A program made the position numbers and the translations under genes. This document shows positions 1-10,319 of a DNA stretch of 64,000 nt, in pieces. The notes below the pieces were generated by a model. That model did not search any database. It saw nothing but the letters and a program-made list of their open reading frames with translations, and was not told the origin of the DNA. Within the stretch, counting starts at the first letter, position 1, and the number at the start of each line of letters is the position of its first letter. The stretch lies in contig CM060732.1 of NCBI GenBank assembly GCA_030704615.1, positions 19,096,001 to 19,160,000 on the forward strand, written 5' to 3'. The DNA is from Takakia lepidozioides. Its lineage: Eukaryota; Plantae; Bryophyta.

Positions 1-1246
1 GCCATTGTACCAGGTGAGTGTTCCCATTTCATTCTTATTATTCCCTTGGACTTTACATTAATCTTCTGATCTCTCGCGCAATCAGATACAAGATTGATGA
101 GTGGCATAATCATGGAATAAGACATGTAATCCATTATATAGTATAATTTGCATATTGGTGGAGCATTGAAACAATGATGTGAATGTCTCATAGGGAAAAA
201 ACAAGTGGCAAACATGGACACGTACTTGCAACCTCTAGTTGATGAACTTAAGGAGCTATGGAGGGGGGTCCCGGCATTAGATGCTTCACTTGACCCTATG
301 GCCGGACAATCTTTTCAGATGAGAGACATCTTGCTTTGGACAATGCATGATTATCTAGGTATATTATGTTCCCCATGAAGAATCCGCGTACATTCACTTG
401 TCAAGGCCGGATAATATCGATGAGGATTGGGATTGATTGAAGTAGCGGCGATAGTCTTGTGCACCTTAGTTGAGTAGATGACATTATGGGCCATGCACAT
501 GATAACTTTTTGTCTTTGCTAATGTGGCGGGATGTGTACAGGACTAACGGTTTGCTCGGGGCTAAGCACCAAAGGGTACCATGCATGCTTGCATTGTGGC
601 GATGATCTTGATGCACATAGCTTCCGCCATCTTCACAAGATGGTGTATCCGAATTACCGCAAGTTTCTTCCTATGAGCCATCGATGGAGAAGAAGAGAAA
701 AACACTTGTTTGATGGCAAAGAGGAAGTACCCCCCCCTGTGACAGTTTTGGGAGGACCGATGGAAGGAGGCCCATGCAGGCACGGTCGGTGAAGTGGACG
801 TGCCCGGCATGAAGCGACTTTCAATCTTCTACGAGTTGCCATATTGGGTGGTACATATTCCACAAAAATACCATCAATATCCTTATGCATGCATGTGATA
901 TTGCACATTTTGGAGAGCTCATATTCTGTCAGTTACCAACGCAATTCCATTAGTGACGAAGGTCAACGAAGGTGAATATGAACATTTCAATCTGCCCAAC
1001 GAATCTGCCCGGAAAAAAATAAATTTTAGAGTTTGAAATTGAATAAAAGATCACATTCCAAAAAGCGAAAAGTACCTTCTACAAGGACAGAAGAGCTACC
1101 TTCGTTCAACTTAGGTCCAACAAATATATATATTTTTCACCAGCATCATTGGACATTTCTGTAGCATACGATAATCCAAGCTAGAGATTAAAACGGCTAA
1201 AAAACATGCAGAATTCTTCCACATTAGAAGTACATATCTCATGTTG

Positions 1247-1286
<40 letters not shown>

Positions 1287-3699
1287 CCCCAACATCCATT
1301 TATTTCGTTTTTACCTTTATGTTCTCCCGCTCAGCCTCCACCTTCGGTAGCCAAAGCTGCATGTCAGTACAATGTTGGTTTTATTTTTATTTTTATTTTT
1401 TTTCGACATCCATTTATTTCGTTTTTACCTTTATGTTCTCCCGCTCAGCCTCCACCTTCGGCAGCCAAAGGTAGCATGTCAGTACAGTCCCGTGTCATTT
1501 TTCATTATTGTTTCTCACAAATCCAAGCATACAATTACGGGCAGCCTGAGAAAAAATATTATATTGTCATGTGGCCGTCGTTTGCGCATCCACGTCACAC
1601 TGATGGCTGATGACTGATGGCTAATAGCTGATAGAATAGCAAACCCCCACATTTTTTATGAGTTACATTGTCACTTTCATGTCAAAATATTTGTGTAAGT
1701 ATTTGCGGGTGGGGGTATATGTAGGACCTGAAGATTTGCCATCTTCTAGATCCCATGCATATTGAGAAGAATGTTTGCTCGTTTTTTTTCCGGATTCTTC
1801 ATGGCACGCCGACAAAGAAGAGAGTGGCTGCAAAAGGAGATTCTCTCGGTGTTAGAAAGGAGCTTGAGGAGCAGGGTCGCACGCGCCGTCTATGGGCCGA
1901 ACAAAATGGTGTGGACCCAAAGGGTGTTGTATGGTGGAAGTATAGGCGCGCACCTTGGCAATGGACAAAGGAGGAATACAAGAACGTGATAGCCACCATA
2001 AGTGCTATCCGAACACCAACTGGTTATGGGTCATCCCTCCGTATGAAGTTCAGCGAAGACGACGGGGTCTATGGTTTCAAGTCTCATGACTACCAGAATA
2101 TTTTGCAAGACATCTTGCCCATTGTAGTTCGTGGGACATTGACTCCCGAGGTTCGCGAGACAATCTATAGATTGGGAGGCTTGTTCCGGTGGATTTGCTC
2201 CAAAGAGTTGGAGGACGGGGATTTTCCAAGCATGAAGAAGGAGGCGGCGGAGGTAATGTGTATGTTGGAAATGAACCTTCCTCCCTCCTTCTTTGACATC
2301 CAAGTGCACTTGGTAGTGCACTTAGTGGAAGAGGCTTCAATTGCCAGCCCCGTTCATTCTCGGTGGATGTACTTCCTTGAGCGTTACATGAAGACTTTGA
2401 AAGCATTTGTAAGACAAATGGCGCACCCGGAGGGTAGCATGGCGGAGGGGTATACGTTGCAAGAAGCTATGTTCTATTGCACGGAGTACATGACAAGGGT
2501 GGATGAGGAAGCCCCTCGAATGTGGAAGGAAGAGGAGGATGCACGAACCAATGACATCGTTTTGCCCAAAAAATCGAAGAGGGTAAAATTGCCGACCATG
2601 GTGATTGAGCAAGCATATGACTTCATACTGAAGAACAACCCATCCATACATGAGTGGGAGGCAAGATACAGTAACCTTGTTCAGCAACGAGAGGAGGAGA
2701 CGCTTGCATGGAGGCGGAACCATCCAAGGCCGGTTACTAGACGCCCTCAACAAGGAGCGGACCGCCGGAATGTTCCTTCACAAGATTTGCCCGCGGAATT
2801 ACAGCCTCTAAGTTCATTCCAACAGTGGCTAAAGACTTCAGTTTATGACGCCGTTGCTCAAGGTGAGGTGGATTCAGATATGGTGCAAGACCTTGCAAGG
2901 GGGCCCCTCTCAATTCGCGACCTCATACACGGCGGTTTGGGATCACGGTCGTCATTTCCGCATTCGTGCTCTTGACATGAAGCGCAAAACAACGTTTGAT
3001 TCTGGTTTGTGTGCTACATATTGGCAAGACTCCGTGTGGGGCAAGAGAGGTACACGACCTGCTATGAGCAAACTTGAGTACATTGGATAGCTTGAGAGCA
3101 TACTCCAACTTCAGTATACAAGGTACCGGCCTCTTCTCTTCAAGGAAAGGTGGTTCCGGCCACATCTTGTGGGGCCCTCAGCAACACTAGTGCGAGATGA
3201 TTGTGGATTCATGTGCGTCAATGCAGATAGGCTCAACCTTACTCATCGTTCATCCGATGAGCCTTTTGCATTGCCTTCAGACATGAAGCAAGTTTTCTTC
3301 TCCGATGACAAAACAAGAGGGGGAAATTGGAAGGTGGTTGTCCATACTCAGCCAAGAGGAAGACGTATCTATCATGGTCTCGGATCTTCATGGGGTGAGG
3401 CAATTGCGGTGGAGGGAGCGACTGGTCATAATGATGCTAATGTTGGAGATTGGGTAGAGGGGATAAAAGAGGATGATGACGCCCCAGAGAATGCATCCCG
3501 GACCATATATGATGAAGCTCCAGAAAATACGGATGTTGGAGAAGGAGATGAAGACACGACCATTGAAAACGAGGTGGAGGATGATTCGGAGGTGTCTTTT
3601 GAGGGCCGGCCCATTTATGACGATGACTCCGATGACCAAGAAGACTTGCAACTTGATGAGGATGAAGAAGCTCCGGATGATGATGTTCAAGTTGATTAG
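1..3699 (+). pseudogene. CACTA transposase (Transposase_21 / DUF4218 / DUF4216-type regions), disrupted
   Basis: Exons approx <1-13, 194-358 (DTYLQPLVDELKELW...LLWTMHDY), 542-850 (KGYHACLHC...SIFYELPYW), 1725-3699 (HLLDPMHIEKN; PPSFFDIQVHLVVHL; RWMYFLERYMKTLK; DEPFALPS..KQVFF..D....WKVV; acidic tail), with GT-AG introns. Frameshifts near 735 and 2900, stop at 3088-3090. Confidence 0.88.
1241..1486. repeat. Tandem duplication of a ~115-130 bp poly(T)-led unit inside a CACTA intron
   Basis: Two near-identical copies (1241-1370, 1372-1486): T-run followed by ACATCCATTTATTTCG...CTCAGCCTCCACCTTCGG...GCATGTCAGTACA. Confidence 0.85.
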
Positions 3700-3964
3700 A
3701 CAGGTAATCACAACTACCTAATAATTCTCGCACAGAACTATACCCATCCCTTCGATTGATTGTACATGTACATGCATGTAGCTTATTTCTATGATTTATC
3801 AATGAAAAATCCATGAAAAAAATCTTTTGGAGGTGTCAATTCCTCCCATATAATAATGTCTAGGTGTTATAGTCGATGTTTAACTCTCTGTTGCACCCAA
3901 TGACATGTAGTTTGCAGCCATAGTAGCCAATGCGGGCTTCCAAGATGTGGAGTATGAGAACTCC

Positions 3965-4170
3965 ATCGGTGGTGTGGTTGCCATCCACTGGCAAAGTGTG
4001 GAATCCTCAATGCGCAGGGGAGCACCCTTACAGTCGGGAGTGGACTCTCAAGATTGGGCACAATTTGCACTCTACCAGTGCCTTTGAGGAAGAAGATGTT
4101 TGTGTTTTTGAGCTGACCTTGAACACTGACTTCACAATACTAGTCCGCATCTTCCCATTAGTGGAAGTCC
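3965..4170 (+). pseudogene. B3 DNA-binding domain fragment (REM/VRN1-like) captured inside the CACTA element
   Basis: Across frameshifts it reads VWLPSTGKVW ... DWAQFALYQC ... EEEDVCVFELTLNTDFTILVRIFPLVEV, matching the B3 consensus GK.W...GW..F...L.EGDVCVFEL....VHIFR. Confidence 0.65.
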
Positions 4171-5779
4171 TTGTAAATGTTGCATGGGACAGCCATCTTG
4201 CAAACAAATCTATTAACAACCAAGAGAGAGAGGGAGAGAGGGAGAGAGAGAGGGGGGCAAAGAAAGAAAAACAGAGAGGTGCCCCCCCTAGAGTCCCACC
4301 CCTCGTCCCCACCCCCTCTCCCTGCCCCTCAACTGAAAGACCCCTCCACCCCCACCCCGTGGCGACCCCCCACTGTCACAAGCCAAAAATCCCCGTCGCA
4401 ACACCCCCCCTGCGACGCCCGGTCGTCACCGAGGCCTTTTCGCCAGTCAAGCCATCATGCGACGGCCGGGCGTGGCAGGGGGGTTCCTCACCTTGCGACA
4501 GCCGGGAGTCGTACATAAGGGTTGCCTCTTGCCCTTTATGCCACCTTGCGACGTCCCGACGTCGCCGGCTGGCTCCAGCGCAGGGGGGCGACGGTACGAC
4601 GTTGCAAGGCAGCCCCAACGCTGTTAAGCGACTTTGGGGCATCGCAAAAATGCGCCGTGGGGCGGACGTCGCACGCTCAGCGCCGCGCGGGGCGTGGAAT
4701 CGCGGCTGGTGTCGCTAAACCCCCCTATTTGCAGTAGTGATCGTGAAGTCCTTAGGAATGTTTGAACCAAAAGCAATCATAATCTCATGCTGAATGCTTG
4801 ACATTGTCCAATGTCGCCCAACCTCAATCTCTTGTTGTCTTGCTTCATATGCATAACATAAACTCACCATCTCCACATACTGAACCTGGTCCATCATCTC
4901 CCATTTGTTTTCAGATATCATGCATTGCCGATTGAATTGAAATGTGGCGTATAAAGCAAATCGGCCAATGTGATATCTAAATCTCAATGTTGAATGATCG
5001 ATAATACATCTAATGGCATCTGCTCCAATGCTGATTTTTGTCCACTATCCATAAGTGATTCCAACAGCTTCTCACATGGTTCTTTGAAAGTAAACATGGT
5101 ATTGCTTTTAAAGATACTGCTGGCCATGGAAAATAGATCTACCATTACTCCGATTGGCATGAACCATCGTAAGTGGGTTGACTTACTTTATATTGTGGGT
5201 TTCATAGAGGATAAGAAATCAGATCGCAATTTAAGTCTGAAAAACTCACTGGTCGCCATGTTCGGTAAGTTGTAACGGCCAAGCAGGGTCACTAAAACCA
5301 GGAAGAAGGATCGGCTGCACTGTTCCAAAATCGGATTGCGTGAGGTATAAAATGCATTGTAGAAGTACACGTGCTCTTGCACAGCCCTTCCTCCTACCAT
5401 CCTACTTCGTCTTTCCTTCCGTCTTATTATTATTAAAATATTTGTCTCCATCTCCCTTGTCCCTCACGAAAAGCTAGGGTTTAAGAAGCCCGTGAAGGTT
5501 GAAGGGGTTTGAGGAGCCTGCGAAGTTCTCCAATGCACCCACGTACCCGAACACAACCCCATTCCAGTGGACTCAACCTGATGCGCATGGCACAATCTCA
5601 GTAGACGTTAGTGGATGCGACCCCATATGATGAGCTGACGTGCTAGTATTTGCTCCAAGATCGTATTATTTCTATCCGGCGGGTAGGACCTCTGTAGGTC
5701 GACAACCACCAAGAATGGGCAGAATTCAAGAAAATGAAAACTGATCGCGGCCCTCCTAAGGGCCCACAGAGCTTCTAAT

Positions 5780-6223
5780 GTGTGACCCAAGGGGTTATTG
5801 AAGCTCAGGCAGTCCAATTCTAGTATGGAAATTTAGACAATGAGCTTAGGAGAAGGGTGCGGGATACAACCGTTGTTACGAGCAGCCCAACCCACCTTAG
5901 CAGATGTGTTTCTGCTGGCTGAGTGAATTGAGCTCAATACGGTGTAGGAGCGCGTAGTGATCATTGGATTTGACACTGATATGCCATGGGGTGTGTCTGC
6001 CAACCAACAAACACATCATACTACACAACAGCGTGGTCAGGGGGGCAAGGTCGTCCAACCCCAATTCCATGGAGTTTACAAGGGACCTCGGGTGCAGAAA
6101 CCAGTGGCTTATTTTTCAGTCCAACAACAACCAGAAGTGGCGTGTTGGTTATGTGGAGGATCCCATCTCAAGAAAGTTTGCCCAGATAAGGACAAGGGGC
6201 AGACACAAGCTCAACCTGCGTAG
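5780..6223 (+). mobile_element. Degenerate LTR-retrotransposon gag remnant
   Basis: QAVQF*YGNLDNELRRRVRD...TLADVFLLAE*IELN, then a zinc knuckle CWLCGGSHLKKVC; stops and frameshifts present. Confidence 0.55.
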
Positions 6224-7011
6224 GGTGAATGCAAGGTATGGTGGACCCAAATGAACTTCTCTGTGTTCATTTTGCGTGACTGTGGTCCATGGTACCATGC
6301 ATACTTTTCTGAAAACTTAGTATTGCATCCGAATGTACATAGTTCAAAACTTCTAATTCTAATATCTACATGTATCAATAAGTGTTGGATTGCAAAATGA
6401 ATAAAACATGTTCGAGCTATGGACTTTTGAAGTCGGATTTTGTGGACTGTCTTATCAACTGTATTAAACTTATAAACTCTAGAATGGTGATGTGCCATTG
6501 GGCAATTGCTCTAAAATTTTGAGTGGTGGTGGCTAATTTTATGGACATTGATCTATTTACTTGGACAAACTGATTTGTCTCTTAGAACCTATAGACTAAT
6601 TTCTGAGCAAAAAATGTGCGTTTAAAAAAAATCCATAGCATTTGTTTTTTTTTTTTGTTTTTTTTCCTGGGTGTTACATTATAGGTATGTTGGTACAATG
6701 GATGCCACGTATCTATTTTTCGGAGATACTTTTGTTTCAAAATATTGGACTGGCTATAGTCAGTCATCCATAATCCACACTAACATTACTAGTACCACAA
6801 AAGACACCATAAGTTACACTTGCTTAGCCAACGCCTGCACATTTTACTAATACCATGCGGTTTCTTGATGTCAACCTCAATTCCTCAACTAAGTTTTCTG
6901 TGGGGCCTACTCAGAATGGGAGGGAGAGTTGTAATGTTCTTGTTGTCAGAGCTAGTTTCTGAAAAGAGCAATTCCGGGATTGAGGAGCAACGTTGTCAAC
7001 AATTTGGTCAC

Positions 7012-9359
7012 TCAGTGAGGCACCCAATCATGAAACCAGTGCATGGAGAGAAGATCTCCTGGCCATTGCGGATGCCCGAAGGATGCAAGAGCTCGCCCAA
7101 CACCAAGGGTATCAATGGTGTAGTCAGGCACTGCCTCAAAAGGATCCCCACAAAGGGTCGTGTTTCCCCTCTTCACATTCGGTATGCTCTTCCCAAAAGG
7201 ATTTGAAATGTCATGCTTTAACCGCAAGCTCACTGCATTCACATGCATCCATGTGTACATTTTGCGAATGTCTGCAAAGTTGTTGATGCTCCAGTTGCAG
7301 GGTCCAAAAACTTCGATCACACCAGCCCCCTCGGGAAGACAAAAAGTGGCCCAAGTATTGGCCCCATGAGCAACGACTAAGATGTCTGTTTGCGAATACA
7401 GAGACACTACATTCGGGAAATTGTAGCTTGTCTGCCCGTTTGCAAGCATTTCGTCCAGGGATCGGACCTAATTGGCACCAACAGACTGGAAGTCAAGGAA
7501 CAAACACGGAGCACTTGGGTCCTGATAACAGTGGGTTCATTTCTTCAATCAGAATCCCAATGATTGTTTGCACCTCAACTGAATCTCACAATGGGTTGAA
7601 GTATGTTAATTTCTTCCCTTGGGATCCCAAGCTCTCCTTATCGTTTTTCTTTCCCTCAGCTGAATTTCCAAGATGCACATGTCAAGTGGTAGAGCATTAT
7701 ATGTAGTTTGCTGAACTGGGACTCAATCAAGAAGAATGACAAAGATTTTTCTGGGACATTGCTTCTACAGCTACCTCAAGTGTTGGTTGAGAGAAGCTCC
7801 GCAAGTAAGCCAGCACTTCATTGGTGTTTCTGACCCGTCGCCGCTCAGTGTCATGGCGGCCATAGTACAGCACTCGCAGAGGTTTTGGAGGGAGCCGAAC
7901 CTGTCTCCACAAGCGAGCTCTTAGGTCTATCCCCTATGTTCTGAGAGATATGTTTCTTGAACTTCAAGCAGAAATCCATCTGTCCTACCATTGATGGGGC
8001 AAGAAAAAGAAGATGGGCTTATAAAGTTCATCCGTGCTAGCTGTAGCAGTGTAGCCAGATATCATGCTCTCAGTTTAGTTTTGATTTGTGTGCAAAGAGA
8101 GGCAGAGTACTTACACACCTGCGGCAAGGGTAAATTGAAGAAGGCAAACACCGTGGCTCTGAAGTTGCGAATTATCTCCTTGTACATTTTAGGAGGCAAC
8201 CGTGTCTGATCAATGCGGTCGTTATCATGCATTTGCAGCAGAAAACGCTCAAAGCACGCGGGTTGGATTTGATCCTCAACACGTAGATAGTCAGCGCCTG
8301 GGAAGAGCTCAATGAGCATCCGGGCCTGTAATTAAGTGCCACGTTTCAGAAGAGAGATAAAAGTGGGCTGTGTATCCTTCAAAGCCAGGTAAGAATTGGA
8401 CTGCTAATATAGCATTGTCATCTGCCAGCCTGAGAACCTTTGCAACATCTTGTCAATTTCATGCTCTTGCAGCTATAAAAACACCATGATCTTACACGAT
8501 TCTGACAAATAGCCATGAAAATGCCGTAGTCATCTTTCTCATACAGTACCTGCCACAGCAGTTGCTTGCGGTCATCAGTGTGTTGACTCTCTTTCAACAA
8601 TTGGTCAAATCTGTGGATCAAAAAATGGTGTATAGGTTTTGGGGTGGTTTCATTGAATGGTGACAGATGGGCAGCAAGGTTTGGCCAAATTCGCTCGGCC
8701 CAGTTGTGCATCGAGTTGCCCACATAGCCAAGGAAATGTAGTGTATTACCACCGACCCATGAATGCTGCTGTGGTAATCTGTCTGTATAGCGTACACCCG
8801 TACATGCTTGTGTCCCTGTAACCCCACAGCCAGCGTAGATATCAGTCCAGGCATGATGGAGCTCAGGAATTTCTGCACATTTGCCCTCCACCTCCTCCGC
8901 AGATATGTTGACAAGAAGGAGGGTCCCGGTGGGCTCCATGCACACGTTCTCTACAGCTAGCAGAGGGTAGTCCATGAAGTTGTGGTTGGGTAGGAAGCGC
9001 GTTCTAAAAGTCCAATCATCTGAGGCCGAGGGTAGCTTCTCTTTTAAATCTTCCACTCTCACTGCACGCATCCGTACAAAGAAAGCTTCTTCAAGTGATA
9101 CTTTTGGGGAGGGATTCAAGCTTCGGACCACCTTGATTTGCATACCACTGCTGCGTCCCATACCTGAGTCTGCTGAACTTCTTGAAAACTGCCCATTGGA
9201 GAGGTACTGCCCCCGGAGGTACCCCGGCCTCCAAACGCTTCCGTCTGGAAACAAGAACGACTTGAAGAGCAGCAAGAATGTAGCTGTTACAACCACCGAC
9301 AATTTCAGCAGTAGCTTTACTTTGTCCCTCTCTGCAAACACCATGGAGGGTGCACGCAT
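7012..9359 (-). CDS. Glycosyltransferase family 61 (DUF563-type), type II membrane protein, ~532 aa, 4 exons
   Basis: Exons 9359-8550, 8325-8119, 7900-7775, 7467-7012; all GT-AG, phase 0, open frame. N-terminal TM (LLLKLSVVVTATFLLLF); GN..H motif (GNSMHNW); R...RR..N..EV motif (YYGRHDTERRRVRNTNEV); C-terminal DILVVAHGANTWATFCLPEGAGVIEVF. Confidence 0.8.
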
Positions 9360-10319
9360 GCGCCAGTTCCTTCACTAGAAGAATCAGTTGAGCAGTCAAG
9401 TACCACACGTGTGTGTGTACTGGCATGTGCATGCGGGAACCTCCAGAGTCCAGCCCTTCCCCAGTTTGTCTGGATTCTCTCAGAATCAGCCACGTCTTAA
9501 CTATTCTACCTTCTTTCTAGATCTCGGTCCTGACATGAAGCAGGAGAGGGAGGAATCCTCGAGCCCTCAAGAGAAACTGCCTCATATCCTGTCGGATCCA
9601 TACAGGTAGGATATCTTTGTCCCTGCAACGAATTCCAAGAAACCCAAGAAAGGGTGAAGTGGGTGTGCACTCACATTCTACGATCTGCTGGATGAACAAT
9701 CCCCCCACACGGGATCATCCAAGAGCTGCAGAGCGAGCAGGAGTCCCCACCATTTTCTCCTTTCTCTCAAGGACTCCACTGCAGTCCTGGACGCTTTAAA
9801 AGTCTTAGAGTTCCTTCTCATCAAACCCACATTCTTTCTTTCGCCTTTTCTGTTAAACAAGGTGTGGTCGTCACAGCAGCCGGCATGCATTTTCCGCGAG
9901 GAGAAAATATGAGCTAGTTCACAGTGATACAGACAAACAGGCTTCTCATTGTTTGATAATTGGGACTTGTGGCACAGGGTCGCTCAGGGTGAGGCGCACA
10001 GGGGAAGCGAGAGGGGAGCGAGTCTGTTGGGCCCACAAAACACCTGAAATTCTAGCGACGACCGCAGGTCGGAAGCTAGTTTAGCGTAGAGCAAGAATAG
10101 GGTGCCATAGTGCCACGTTTTTGTCACCACCAGGTCATCGTCGCCACGTTTCGTCGTCAAATTCTTTAAATCTGCCCGGATTGCCCGCCCGAAACGCGCC
10201 AATAGAATTCGTCGCGAAAACTTTTTCGAAACTGCCCAATATGCCCGTTTCTTGATCTTCTTGAACCGCAGGAGGGGTTTCACAGGCCGATCGCGATTCA
10301 CAGATGGAGATGTTCACAG

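Larger units (their letters stand above)
1..4739 (+). mobile_element. CACTA/En-Spm DNA transposon, 3' portion (5' end outside window)
   Basis: Spliced TnpD/Tnp2-type transposase remnants at 1-3699. Terminus ...CCCCCTATTTGCAGTAGTG ends at 4739 (reverse complement starts CACTA). GC-rich subterminal region 4360-4720 is dense in GCGAC/GTCGC motifs in both orientations. Confidence 0.9.

Noticed and set aside
1111-1617. Poly-K / poly-F ORFs
   Set aside because: These are translations of intronic T-runs.
3930-4718. 262-aa ORF as a real gene
   Set aside because: It runs through a GA microsatellite and GC-rich CACTA subterminal repeats; only the B3-like part looks protein-derived.
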